A stretch of DNA of 54,702 bases from an uncultured Thermoplasmatales archaeon (GTDB lineage: Archaea > Thermoplasmatota > E2 > DHVEG-1), in NCBI GenBank assembly GCA_964578185.1, contig CAZOBL010000002.1, positions 15,007 through 69,708 on the forward strand. The letters are read 5' to 3'. The position numbers and the translations under genes are program-made. Below are positions 9,501-18,780 of this stretch, one piece after another (position 1 is the stretch's first letter; each line of letters begins with the position of its first letter). Below the pieces are notes generated by a model. That model searched no databases, was not told where the DNA came from, and was given only the letters and a program-made list of their open reading frames with translations.

Positions 9501-10764
9501 TATTGATTGGAATCGTGATATTGGAAATATTTCTATCGATCCAGGTGTTGTAAATGGTTTTGTCTATAATAGTACAGGTGAGGGATTATTAGAGAATGTA
9601 ACTGTTACTTTTAGAGAAATTACAACTATGCCAACTCAGCAAGGAGGTCAACCTGAGTATAATGATGATACTTCTTCTAATACTACTGATGTTAACGGTT
9701 CATATATTACTTCTGATTTGTTTCCGGGATATTATGAGGTTTATGCCAAATATAATGACTATTTTATAGAAGGAGATTCTTTAAAAGTTGAATCAGGTGA
9801 AAAAACTTTTAATATAACTCAACCTAAAAATGGCCATCTAGAAGGTATCGTTTATTACGATACAAATAGCGACGGTAAATATGATAGTGGAGATGAAATC
9901 TTAAAAAATACAAAAGTGGAATTAGTTCATGTGAAACCTTATACTGACTTGCCTTCTCGTTATGGTATGCCTGAAACTATAGGAAATACAACAACAAATG
10001 AAGAAGGTGAATATTCTTTCGAGTCTTTGATACCTGGTAAGATTAATGATGTAAATTTAAATACTTATCAACTTAAAGTTGAAACTGATCTTTATACTGC
10101 TACACAAGCAGTATACCCTGAAGAAAACACTACAACATCTTTTAACTTATCTGTTGGTCTTACCCCTGTAAATGTTACTGGTACCCTTGAATGTATTGAT
10201 ACAAATGAAAATATTGGAAATGTAAAAGTAGATTTTAAACCAGATGGTTTAGTTGAGAACAACACTGCTGAACAGGCTAATATTGAATCCGATGAAAATG
10301 GCAACTATCAAATTGATTTAACTCCAGGAAGGTATAATGTATCTGTTGAAGAAAAAGACGGTTCAACTTTGATTTATAGTGGTGAAAGAAAACTAGAAGT
10401 TCTACAGGGTAGCGTTTCAAAAACTGGTGTTGATATAGAGCTAACTAAACATTCAGTTAATTTGTCTGGTTTTACCGAATATAACAATGAAAACATTGCT
10501 AATTTAACAGTTAAATTCCAAAAAGACAGATCAATAGAAAATAACTCTGCGATTTCTATGATTACAAAATCTGATGAAACTGGTTATTATACAATTGAAC
10601 TTTCACCTGGCTATTATAACGTTTCAATTAATACAACAAAACAAGAAGAGGGCCAGAATTACACCTATCAGCTTAGTGAACAAATCCAAATTAAAGAAGA
10701 TCAGATTTCCACAGGGGATTTTAAAAACTTTGATGCTATCGAGAAATTTTTAAAAGAAGAATAG
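6505..10764 (+). CDS. aglB: Archaeal oligosaccharyltransferase AglB (STT3 family) with a long C-terminal extension of repeated carboxypeptidase-regulatory-like beta-sandwich modules
   Basis: Multi-TM N-terminal half with GPDPYYNMR. The catalytic WWDYG motif occurs as FISWWDYGFYEVALGDHP. The C-terminal ~400 aa carry reiterated modules (NGSYITSDLFPGYYEV, GEYSFESLIPGK, NGNYQIDLTPGRYNVSV, TGYYTIELSPGYYNVSI). Confidence 0.9.
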   Translation: MRKRAQRKSKPEPEKTYKPNTPSNKIIDKNFLPKKFNNKNWWIAISLISIFLLILLFNTYFNVTSDVAINPDGEGLDKFYLSGPDPYYNMRIVEETYETGTYPFYSEDDPLLNYPIGRSGGRAPLFNMMALGFSRLLTPFMDEIDAIGYSMQFIPALFGALLIFPVYFIGKNIFNKKAGLLAAFFVAVIPTHLSSGHGSAYSLFDHDSFNLLLFFLTFMFLVMSLKEKNKSKSILYAMLGGIPLAGLTMTWVEAQFLYVVIGVYALVQIFIDIFKNRAGLKSVRTPLILMVTGYLISLPVLAVKGGKYSPDIPLFLIIAIAAFGVLYYFFSSKKIPWTISIPTVISIGVIGLVFLYYIELIASYIPYVGRLSKISEILYGGGGIYGNKVSLTIAEANTYAISNSVMSFGPGLYWLGWAGFIFLIYMFYKHHDRKDYLFLLVLFVIDLWLMGIAGRFVNDMVPVIAILGGWVTWVAIDKIDYQEMIKNVKRAGGGLHGIRRGVKFLHIVGILFISFLILLPNAFIAFDAAVPQGAITKNYTSNLKQDYFGEEHSAAFGLGIGKEKYWGHAFDWLSKQDTDIEDPANRPAFISWWDYGFYEVALGDHPTVADNFQDGIPPAANFHTAKSEDEAVAVFIVRLLEGDVFHNSQRELSSNVYEILKNYVDRAEDVRMWIEDPESSPSYGKAIDEEFHEYIREDIDKRHLTVGSQWPENAAYLDIIEILTNDTQGLTSEQLTSLYHDLQDVTGWSIRYYGVEGYDKQIFNIFAFLSDKSLLMLGAPSDEFVEYTFDGYRVDSRGEKIPGSDFQDKPAKEIYDLPEDDRRFYRVTNQDQAYKNTFFNTMFYNTYFGKKFTGEDYDPQYQFRIQVPCVNMKHFYAEYISDISKPGFQYYEGIAAVVIAKYYEGSKIAGNITFLGKPIDDLEAVVTKNLTYYEGLTVPIDHDKSSVINGSFNVLAGADTILQVRRYPELHSSIPWASGSFIVKNVSLDVSDDDAMRKTIDWNRDIGNISIDPGVVNGFVYNSTGEGLLENVTVTFREITTMPTQQGGQPEYNDDTSSNTTDVNGSYITSDLFPGYYEVYAKYNDYFIEGDSLKVESGEKTFNITQPKNGHLEGIVYYDTNSDGKYDSGDEILKNTKVELVHVKPYTDLPSRYGMPETIGNTTTNEEGEYSFESLIPGKINDVNLNTYQLKVETDLYTATQAVYPEENTTTSFNLSVGLTPVNVTGTLECIDTNENIGNVKVDFKPDGLVENNTAEQANIESDENGNYQIDLTPGRYNVSVEEKDGSTLIYSGERKLEVLQGSVSKTGVDIELTKHSVNLSGFTEYNNENIANLTVKFQKDRSIENNSAISMITKSDETGYYTIELSPGYYNVSINTTKQEEGQNYTYQLSEQIQIKEDQISTGDFKNFDAIEKFLKEE

Positions 10765-10854
10765 TAAATTAATCTATTTGTGGTAAAAAAACATTAAATA
10801 TATGTTTTTCACCAAATTTCTTTTAAATAAACACTTTGATACATTTTTTTGATT

Positions 10855-11460
10855 ATGAGTGATATAGAATATGGTAAAAAAGCAGTAAAATATGCAAGAG
10901 AAGTCGTGGAAAAAAAAGTAAAAAGCAATAAAATCCCTGATTTTAATGAAAAAATCTTTGATGAAAAACAGGGAGCATTTGTAACTATTCATACATATCC
11001 AGAAAATGATTTACGTGGATGTATCGGCATTCCAACACCTGTAATGAAATTAAAAGAGGCTATAGCTGAAGGTGCAAGTTCTGCGACACGAGACCCTCGT
11101 TTTCCACCACTAACTGAAAATGAACTTGAAAAAATAATTGTAGAGGTTACCATTCTTACAAAACCTGTAGAAATCTCAGTTGATAAACCACAGGATTATC
11201 TTAAAGAAATTAAAATAGGTCGAGATGGCTTGATAGTTAAAAAGGGTATGTTTAAAGGGTTGTTACTACCGCAAGTTCCAGTTGAACAAGGATGGGACAA
11301 GGAAACATTTCTTTCTCATACATGCATTAAAGCAGGTCTTATGCCTGACGCATGGTTCGAATCTGATACAAAAATTTTAAAGTTTTCAGGACAGATTTTT
11401 TCTGAAATAACGCCTAGAGGTAAAATTAAGGAGAAAAAAATCAATGGATGTCAGCATTGA
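10855..11460 (+). CDS. AMMECR1 domain protein
   Basis: GAFVTIHTYPENDLRGCIGIPTPV...ATRDPRFPPL...LLPQVPVEQGW. The ORF opens at TTG 10849; ATG 10855 is the probable start. Confidence 0.88.
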   Translation: MSDIEYGKKAVKYAREVVEKKVKSNKIPDFNEKIFDEKQGAFVTIHTYPENDLRGCIGIPTPVMKLKEAIAEGASSATRDPRFPPLTENELEKIIVEVTILTKPVEISVDKPQDYLKEIKIGRDGLIVKKGMFKGLLLPQVPVEQGWDKETFLSHTCIKAGLMPDAWFESDTKILKFSGQIFSEITPRGKIKEKKINGCQH

Positions 11461-12724
11461 AGGAAATTTTTTCATTAACGGTTCTTTTATATATACTTCT
11501 GTTGGAATAAGAGACGGCAGAATATATAAAATTAAAAAGAACCTAAAATATGAAAATCATTTTAACTTCAAAAACAAGCTTATTTTACCAGCTGGAATTG
11601 ATATACATGTTCATTTCCGTGACCCCGGTATGACAAATAAAGAGGATTTTTATACGGGTTCAGTATCTGCAGCTTTTGGCGGCATTTCATGTGTTTTTGA
11701 TATGCCAAATACCCGCCCCCAGACAACTACCTCAAATGATGTTTCTGATAAAATAAGTATCGCATCAAAAAAATCTATTGTAGATTTTGGAATCTACGCA
11801 GGTGTTACAGATGAAAATTTTGATAGGATAGGGTCTATATCTAGAAATTGCAATGGTTTTAAGCTTTATCTTGGTAGCTCTACCAATTCTCTTTTATTTA
11901 AATCTGATAATTTGTATGGTTTTTTTAAACATGCTGAAAAACTAGGTAAACCTGTTTTATTTCATGCAGAAAAACAGAGTTGTCTTGAAAAATATCAAAA
12001 GGAAGAGAATAATATTATAGAACATCTAGCTGCTAGGCCTAGTATATGTGAAAAAAAGGCAATTACAGATGTTTTAAAAGCTGCTGAAAATTTTAAAATC
12101 CCTATTCATTTTTGTCATATTTCAAGCAAAGAAGGTTTAACTTTATTAAAGAAAAATAAGAAAAATTTTTTTTCATGTGGTATAACACCACATCATGCAT
12201 TATTATCTGTTGATAATAAAAAAAACCCTCAAAGTTATTTTAAGGTAAATCCTCCTATTAGAAAGAAAAATGAACAGAATTTCTTATTTCAAAATATCTT
12301 GAAAGGTTCGATAGATGTTTTAGAATCTGATCATGCGCCTCATACAAAAGAGGAAAAAAATCAGATTTTTGACATATCTCCTTGCGGCATTCCTGGTGTA
12401 GAGACAATGTATCCATTGTTTTTGTATATGGCTAGTAAGAATATACTTTCATGGAATTTATTAGTTAATTTAATGTGTAGGAAACCTGCAGAAATTTTAG
12501 GTCTTCAAAAAGGTAAAATCGCCGAAGATTATGATGCTGATTTTATTGTCATTGACCCTAATGACGTTATAGAAATAAATTCTAAGGCTCTTCATAGTAA
12601 ATGTGGGTGGTCACCTTTTGAGGGTTTTAAAGCTATTTTCCCCTCATCTGTTTTTATAAGGGGGCAAAATGTAATACGAGATGGTGAAATTTTAGTAAAT
12701 AAGGGTTTTGGATGTAAATTGTAA
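11444..12724 (+). CDS. pyrC: Dihydroorotase
   Basis: Amidohydrolase metal motif GIDIHVHFRDPG; FDMPNT; LESDHAPH. Overlaps the AMMECR1 gene by 17 nt. Confidence 0.85.
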   Translation: MDVSIEGNFFINGSFIYTSVGIRDGRIYKIKKNLKYENHFNFKNKLILPAGIDIHVHFRDPGMTNKEDFYTGSVSAAFGGISCVFDMPNTRPQTTTSNDVSDKISIASKKSIVDFGIYAGVTDENFDRIGSISRNCNGFKLYLGSSTNSLLFKSDNLYGFFKHAEKLGKPVLFHAEKQSCLEKYQKEENNIIEHLAARPSICEKKAITDVLKAAENFKIPIHFCHISSKEGLTLLKKNKKNFFSCGITPHHALLSVDNKKNPQSYFKVNPPIRKKNEQNFLFQNILKGSIDVLESDHAPHTKEEKNQIFDISPCGIPGVETMYPLFLYMASKNILSWNLLVNLMCRKPAEILGLQKGKIAEDYDADFIVIDPNDVIEINSKALHSKCGWSPFEGFKAIFPSSVFIRGQNVIRDGEILVNKGFGCKL

Positions 12725-12794
12725 GGTTTTTTCAATAATTATTTATCAGTGGTTTATCATCTACTTTTTAATTTGTTAATGGTGGAAGAGTGTT

Positions 12795-13712
12795 TTGAAA
12801 AAAACTGGGTTTAGGTTTTACAAATCATTTGTAATTTTTCTTAAAGGCCTGTTTATGGGTAGTGCTGATATTATCCCTGGTGTTTCTGGTGGAACTATTG
12901 CTCTTATTACAGGTATATATGAGCGCCTTGTTGATACTATTAGGGCGATAAATTTTAAGTTTATTTTTTATTTTTTTAAGGGTTTTTTTGATAAGAAATA
13001 TTTTAAAAAAGCTAAAGATAATTTTTTAAGTGTTGATTGGGTTTTTTTATCTATTCTTGCTTTGGGTATAGGCATTGCTTTTTTGTCTTTGGCAAATGTT
13101 ATCGGTGTTTTACTTGAGTTTTACCCGAGTTATACTTATAGCTTCTTTTTTGGTTTGATTATATCATCGGCTTTTTTCGTGTATTTCCTTAATAGAAAAG
13201 TAATAAAATTCTGGGATATTGTTTTTTGTTTTGTAGGCGTTGCTTTTGGTTTTTTGATTGTTGGTTTAAGTTCTGTTGAAGCATCTCATACTTTTTATGT
13301 TGTGTTTCTTGCAGGCATGGTAACGTTTTGTGCAATGATTCTTCCTGGTATTTCTGGTGCTTTTATTTTACTTGTTCTGGGGCAGTATGAGTTTATGCTT
13401 GATATTTTACGTGACATGGCAAATTTTGATTTTTCTGGTATTTTTTATGCTATATCCTATGTGTTGGGTGGCGTTGCGGGTCTATTGTTGTTTTCTCGCG
13501 TTCTTTCTTATTTGTTTAAACGTTATCATGGTGCGACATTGATGTTTATTGTAGGTCTTATGATTGGCGCTCTTCGTGATCCTGCGGATCGTATTATGAT
13601 GCAGCCTGATAATATGTATATAACTCTTGCAGCAGGATGTCTTGGTGTATTGGTTGTGTCAATTGTTTCATATTATGGTTTTTCTGTGTCTGAAGATAAA
13701 ATTAGTGTTTAG
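12795..13712 (+). CDS. DUF368 family integral membrane protein
   Basis: Duplicated signature GSADIIPGVSGGTIALITGIYERL and MILPGISGAFILLVLGQYE. Polytopic membrane protein. TTG start preceded by GGTGGA. Confidence 0.85.
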   Translation: MKKTGFRFYKSFVIFLKGLFMGSADIIPGVSGGTIALITGIYERLVDTIRAINFKFIFYFFKGFFDKKYFKKAKDNFLSVDWVFLSILALGIGIAFLSLANVIGVLLEFYPSYTYSFFFGLIISSAFFVYFLNRKVIKFWDIVFCFVGVAFGFLIVGLSSVEASHTFYVVFLAGMVTFCAMILPGISGAFILLVLGQYEFMLDILRDMANFDFSGIFYAISYVLGGVAGLLLFSRVLSYLFKRYHGATLMFIVGLMIGALRDPADRIMMQPDNMYITLAAGCLGVLVVSIVSYYGFSVSEDKISV

Positions 13713-13726
13713 AATTATGGTGTTGG

Positions 13727-14521
13727 GTGTGTTTTACTGTGGATGAAGAAATTAAAATTTTAGCTGGAAAGCTTACAGATAAGATTTATAGGAAAATAAG
13801 AAAAACTTCTTTTTCTGATTTGTACAAGATGAAAAGCAATGTTGGTATTGGTGCAGATGGTACGCCCACCAAATATATTGATAAAATCGCGGAAGATATT
13901 GCAATGAAAGCTTTAAAAAAATCTAAGATTGATGTAAACCTTCTCAGTGAAGAGGTAGGTTTTATTGATAATGGTGCTGATTATACTTTTGTTTTAGATC
14001 CTGTTGATGGTACACGCAATGCATGTCGTGGCATTCCTTTTTATTCTGTTTCACTTGCAATAGGGCGTAAAAAACTTTCTGATATAAATTATGGTATAGT
14101 AAAAAACATTCCAACAGGTGATGTTTTTATTGCTGAGAAAGGACACGGGTCTTTTTTAAATAAAACATCTATTGCTGTTCCTGAAATTCCTGAGAAACAA
14201 ATTCTGTCCAGTATTACTCTTGGTGTTAACTCGGATGAAAAAACAATTCTTTTAGCAAAAAGAGATAAAGTCCGCAGCCTGGGTTCCGCGTCTCTTGAGA
14301 TGTGCATGGTTGCTATGGGCGGTCTGGATTTTTTTATTGTTGGACGTGAATATCTTCGTGTAACAGATATAGCTGCATCTACACTAATTGTAAGAGAAGC
14401 AGGGGGTGTGGTAACCGATGTATCTGGTAAAAAACTTGATATGCCTCTTGATCTACATAGCCGAGCTAGTGTTATTGCCGCTTGCAACAAAGATTTAGTG
14501 GTTAAAATCACGGAGATGTAA
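13727..14521 (+). CDS. Inositol monophosphatase / fructose-1,6-bisphosphatase family protein (archaeal IMPase/FBPase type)
   Basis: LLSEE; VLDPVDGTRNA; SLGSASLEM. Start is ambiguous (GTG 13727 or GTG 13739). Confidence 0.82.
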   Translation: MCFTVDEEIKILAGKLTDKIYRKIRKTSFSDLYKMKSNVGIGADGTPTKYIDKIAEDIAMKALKKSKIDVNLLSEEVGFIDNGADYTFVLDPVDGTRNACRGIPFYSVSLAIGRKKLSDINYGIVKNIPTGDVFIAEKGHGSFLNKTSIAVPEIPEKQILSSITLGVNSDEKTILLAKRDKVRSLGSASLEMCMVAMGGLDFFIVGREYLRVTDIAASTLIVREAGGVVTDVSGKKLDMPLDLHSRASVIAACNKDLVVKITEM

Positions 14522-14563
14522 GGTATAAATTTTATATAGTCTCTCTTGTTTAGGGCGTAAATA

Positions 14564-15298
14564 ATGACTATAACTGAAAATCTGATAAAAAAAGCAGAAA
14601 ATAAAAAGTTACATTTCTCGCTTCTTGACCCTGAAGATCAGAAACCACAAGAAGCTGGTGAAATTGCAAAAATCGCTGAATCTGTAGGTAGTAGCGCTAT
14701 AATGGTTGGCGGCTCAACTCTTGTATCCAGTGAGCAGGTTGATGCAACGGTTAAAGCAATTAAAAATAGCTGCAGTTTACCTGTTATATTGTTTCCATCT
14801 GGAGCTAAGTTTCTTTCAGGATATGCAGATGCAATATTTTTTATGAGTCTTCTAAACTCAAGAAATCTTGGATATGTAATTCGGGAACATGTTCAGGGTG
14901 CACCCTTTATTAAAAAAGTTGGACTTGAACCAATTCCTATGGGCTATCTGATAGTAGAGCCAGGTATGACCGCGGGTAAAATGGGTGAGGTGGATCTTGT
15001 TAAACGTGATGATGTTAAAACAGCTGTAGGATATGGACTTTCTACTCAGTATCTTGGTATGAAATTTTTCTATTTGGAAGCGGGTTCTGGTGCGCCAGAT
15101 CCTGTTTCAAATGAAATGATAGCTGCTGTAAAAAAATATGTTGATATACCGCTGATTGTCGGTGGAGGGATACGTGACCCTGAAACGGCTAAAGAAAAAG
15201 TATCAGCTGGTGCAGATATAATTGTTACGGGTACTGCACTAGAAGAAGAAAAAGATTTGAATAAAACTCTTAGCAATATTTTAAAAGCAATAGAGTAA
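14564..15298 (+). CDS. Geranylgeranylglyceryl phosphate synthase (PcrB/GGGPS family)
   Basis: TIM-barrel motifs IMVGGS, FFMSLLNSRN, FYLEAGSGA, LIVGGGIRD. The archaeal context favours GGGPS. Confidence 0.88.
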   Translation: MTITENLIKKAENKKLHFSLLDPEDQKPQEAGEIAKIAESVGSSAIMVGGSTLVSSEQVDATVKAIKNSCSLPVILFPSGAKFLSGYADAIFFMSLLNSRNLGYVIREHVQGAPFIKKVGLEPIPMGYLIVEPGMTAGKMGEVDLVKRDDVKTAVGYGLSTQYLGMKFFYLEAGSGAPDPVSNEMIAAVKKYVDIPLIVGGGIRDPETAKEKVSAGADIIVTGTALEEEKDLNKTLSNILKAIE

Positions 15299-15317
15299 TA
15301 GATATTTTTTGATTATT

Positions 15318-15869
15318 ATGAAAGTTTTACTTTCTATTGGGGGAGCTTCTGGTAGTATTTACGGTGTAGGTTTGCTTGAAGAACTAAAAAAAGCAGATGT
15401 TGAAACTCATCTTATAGTATCTGATGGTGCTAAAAAAATAATTAAACATGAAACTGGAAAAACTATTTCTCAATTAGTAAAAAATGCTGATTTTTATTAC
15501 GAAAATAGTGACATGTTTGCAGGTCCAGCTAGTGGTAGTTTTAAACTTGATGCTATGGTTATTTGTCCTTGTAGTATGAAAACGCTTTCTGCTGTTGCAA
15601 ATGGCTATGGCGATACGCTTTCTTCTCGAGCGGCAGTATGTACTATTAAAGAAGAAAGAAAACTTATTTTAGTTCCAAGAGAGACCCCACTTGATTTTGC
15701 TGGTATTAAAAATATGGGGAAAGCAAAACTTTCTGGTGCAATAATCTTGCCTGCGATGCCTGGTTTTTATCATAAACCAAAAAAAATAGATGATTTAGTA
15801 GATTTTATCGTTGGAAAAATTTTAGATCACCTTGATATTAAACATTCTCTTTTTAAAAGATGGAAATAA
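15318..15869 (+). CDS. ubiX: Flavin prenyltransferase UbiX (prenyl-FMN synthase)
   Basis: GGASGSIYGV; ICPCSMKTLSAVANGYGDTLSSRAA; LILVPRETP. The ORF opens at TTG 15309; ATG 15318 is the likely start. Confidence 0.88.
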   Translation: MKVLLSIGGASGSIYGVGLLEELKKADVETHLIVSDGAKKIIKHETGKTISQLVKNADFYYENSDMFAGPASGSFKLDAMVICPCSMKTLSAVANGYGDTLSSRAAVCTIKEERKLILVPRETPLDFAGIKNMGKAKLSGAIILPAMPGFYHKPKKIDDLVDFIVGKILDHLDIKHSLFKRWK

Positions 15870-15873
15870 TTGT

Positions 15874-16341
15874 TTAACTTTCGATTTTTCTCTCAATTTT
15901 ATCAAGTCTTAAAACAATAAATGCAATTATTGTGGCAAGAATAGGTAATAGGTAGTTTCCAAGCCCAAGAATCAATCCAATTGCTGATACAACCCATAAG
16001 CTTGCTGCAGTAGTAAGTCCTTTTACATCTCCTTTTAATGCAATTATACTTCCAGCGCCAATAAAGCTAATACCTGCAACAACTCCTGCAGCAATACGTG
16101 TTGCATCATAAGATCCTGTAATGTCCTTGGGTAGTAAATAAAAAGAAGCAACAGTAAAAAGACATGCACCCATACTCACAAATATATGGGTTCGAAGACC
16201 AGCTGGTTTTTTACTTTTCTCTCTTTCATAACCAACGATCCCTCCTAGAATTACTGCAGTTAGAACTCTAAAAATTAATTCAGCATCTTCCCATGTAATT
16301 AAATTTTCTAATGAAAATTCAAACATAGGGAAGGTTAACAT
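15874..16341 (-). CDS. MgtC/SapB family membrane protein
   Basis: GGIVGYEREKSKKPAGLRTHIFVSMGA...GAGSII...GLTTAASLWV. Confidence 0.85.
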   Translation of the reverse strand: MLTFPMFEFSLENLITWEDAELIFRVLTAVILGGIVGYEREKSKKPAGLRTHIFVSMGACLFTVASFYLLPKDITGSYDATRIAAGVVAGISFIGAGSIIALKGDVKGLTTAASLWVVSAIGLILGLGNYLLPILATIIAFIVLRLDKIERKIES

Positions 16342-16444
16342 TTACATTTTTAAAAAACTAATGTTTTATGATGAGTTATTCCAATATTACTTTATTAGTT
16401 AAATTTAAATAAAAAGCTTTGTTAACTTCGATAAATAAAGAGGT

Positions 16445-17008
16445 TTGACCATCATGCTATTAGAAATATTGTTGATCGCACTCATTGTAATAATTCTTGT
16501 AGTAGTATTCTTTGGATACTACAATAAGATAATAAGATTAGAAAATCGAATAGACAATTCTTGGGCTCAAATTGACGTTCAACTCAAAAGACGAGCTGAT
16601 TTAATTCCAAATCTTATGGAAACAGTTAAGGGCTATATGAAACATGAAAAAGAGGTGCTGGAAAACGTAACTAAGGCACGTTCTGCGTTAATGAATGCTC
16701 AGACGCCACAGGAGAATGTAGATGCAGATAATATGCTAACAGGTGCACTAAAATCCCTTTTTGCGGTAGCTGAAAACTATCCTGATCTTAAAGCGAATCA
16801 AAACTTTTTAAACCTTCAGGATGAATTAACCAACACAGAGAATAAAGTAGCATATGCTCGTCAACATTTCAACGATTCAGTACTTGCATACAATAACACT
16901 GTTGAAACAATACCTGGGAAATGGTTTGCAGGTATGATGAACAAAAAAACACGAGAAATGTTACAAGTTCCTGAAGAGAGTAAAGAAGTCCCAAAAGTGG
17001 AATTCTAA
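16445..17008 (+). CDS. lemA: LemA family protein
   Basis: N-terminal TM, then WAQIDVQLKRRADLIPNL...YPDLKANQNFLNLQDEL...ENKVAYARQHFND. Confidence 0.9.
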   Translation: MTIMLLEILLIALIVIILVVVFFGYYNKIIRLENRIDNSWAQIDVQLKRRADLIPNLMETVKGYMKHEKEVLENVTKARSALMNAQTPQENVDADNMLTGALKSLFAVAENYPDLKANQNFLNLQDELTNTENKVAYARQHFNDSVLAYNNTVETIPGKWFAGMMNKKTREMLQVPEESKEVPKVEF

Positions 17009-17026
17009 AATATTGTCAGATAAATT

Positions 17027-17941
17027 TTGGATATTATGGCAGAACAAATGCTTATTGAAGATCATATTAAACATAATAAAAGAATGACGGTAGTCATTTG
17101 CACATTTATGGCACTTTTGTTTATCGGTTTTGTTTTTGCTGTGGGTTATTATTTTTTTAGAAATATCTACATCGCACTTATTTTTGCAATACCCATAGCA
17201 GTTGTATATATTGCTGTGACTTATTCTTTTTCAGTTAAAACTGTACTTAAAGCTGCAAAAGCCAGGCCTGCAAATCCAAATAATAGAGTAGAGAAATTAT
17301 TAATTTACAAAGTAGAAGATATGGCAATAGCATCTGGTCTTCCAAAACCAAAGGTATATGTTCAAGATTCGGACAATATCAACGCCTTTGCAACAGGTAA
17401 AAAACCGCAAGATTCAGTTATTTGCGTTACTACAGGTGCTCTTAGGAAGTTAAACCAAGAGGAACTTGAAGGAGTAATATCTCATGAAATGAGTCATATT
17501 AAAAATCATGATATTTTAATTGCAACTGTTACAATTGGTGTGGTCGGAGCAATCTCTTTAATAGCAGAAATTCTTTTTTGGTCCCTTTTGTGGGGTGGTG
17601 GAGGCAGAAGTAGAAGAAATGAAGGTAATGGCATATTAATCGCTATTGCAATACTTTTTGCTATACTTGCACCAATATTTGCAAGGCTTACTTATTTAGC
17701 GATATCACGTCGACGTGAGTATCTAGCAGATTCAAATGGAGCATATCTAAGTCGCAATCCAGAAGGACTTGCAAAAGCCCTTGAAAAAATTAAACAAGAT
17801 CATCCTCGTGGTAAACCTAAAGGTTCAAAAACAGTTGCGCCGCTTTATATTTCTAATCCATTTAAAAAACAGAATACAAGTTCAATGTGGGCCACTCATC
17901 CTCCTATTGATGAACGAATTAAAAGACTCAGATCAATGTAA
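17027..17941 (+). CDS. htpX: M48 family zinc metalloprotease, HtpX-like
   Basis: HEMSHIKNHD zinc motif, four TM segments, REYLADSNGAYL, and C-terminal THPPIDERIKRL. Confidence 0.9.
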   Translation: MDIMAEQMLIEDHIKHNKRMTVVICTFMALLFIGFVFAVGYYFFRNIYIALIFAIPIAVVYIAVTYSFSVKTVLKAAKARPANPNNRVEKLLIYKVEDMAIASGLPKPKVYVQDSDNINAFATGKKPQDSVICVTTGALRKLNQEELEGVISHEMSHIKNHDILIATVTIGVVGAISLIAEILFWSLLWGGGGRSRRNEGNGILIAIAILFAILAPIFARLTYLAISRRREYLADSNGAYLSRNPEGLAKALEKIKQDHPRGKPKGSKTVAPLYISNPFKKQNTSSMWATHPPIDERIKRLRSM

Positions 17942-17950
17942 AATATTTTT

Positions 17951-18712
17951 TTAAAAATTTTTTAGAGTTTTTTGAAAATCATCAGGTATGATCACTTTTC
18001 TTTCTACTTCTTGCCATTCCAGGTCGTAATCTCTAAGCAAATTTCTAACCATCTCAGGTATACGTGGTGCGCATAGAATACCTCTAACATCTGCTTGTTC
18101 ATTTTCCCCTTTAATATCATTTACATACATACGTAATTGATGCACAGCACTTATGTTCGCAAGACTTCTTTTAACTTCAATAACAACAGGTTTGTGATCT
18201 TTATCAAACCCATACAAATCAATCATGCCTGATTTTACCTGTTTCTCTCTTTTCTTTATTCTTAATCCTTCTTCGACACATTCTGGTTTTTCAACTATTT
18301 CATTTACTACATCTGCCTCCATACCAGATATTATCTGTTTAGCTTTGTCCCTGAGTTTTGTTGTGGTAACAAATTTTATTTTACGAAAAGAAACTTTCAT
18401 CTTCTCTGGTGGTTTGTTATGATTACATCTCATAATTAGATGTTTTTGGTCAAATTTAAATGAAATGTTACTATCAGCAGGTTGCCAATTTACAGGTTCA
18501 CGTAGTTCAGGTCTGTGTACTAACACGTTTCCATCCTGCTTAATCATTATTATCCGCTCCCCCCAATCAAGAAATGATCTAGCACGACCTCTATAGTCTA
18601 CCATGCAATCCCCACATATTAATAAAACAGTTTTTTCAACTATCAATAAATAATTATTTTTTATGAATTTTAAAGTATCAGATAAACTTGGGTCTAACAA
18701 ATTTTCAGTCAA
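17951..18712 (-). CDS. nucS: Endonuclease NucS (EndoMS)
   Basis: Two-domain NucS pattern: N-terminal CMVDYRGRA...IKQDGNVLVH, and C-terminal RecB-like IDLYGFDKDHKPVVIEVKR...HQLRMYV. TTG start. Confidence 0.88.
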   Translation of the reverse strand: MTENLLDPSLSDTLKFIKNNYLLIVEKTVLLICGDCMVDYRGRARSFLDWGERIIMIKQDGNVLVHRPELREPVNWQPADSNISFKFDQKHLIMRCNHNKPPEKMKVSFRKIKFVTTTKLRDKAKQIISGMEADVVNEIVEKPECVEEGLRIKKREKQVKSGMIDLYGFDKDHKPVVIEVKRSLANISAVHQLRMYVNDIKGENEQADVRGILCAPRIPEMVRNLLRDYDLEWQEVERKVIIPDDFQKTLKNF

Positions 18713-18780
18713 AACTAACTACTCACCTCAAAACCTACACATTGTTTAACAGTTAATTAGTGAATAAAGAAAACCCTTTT

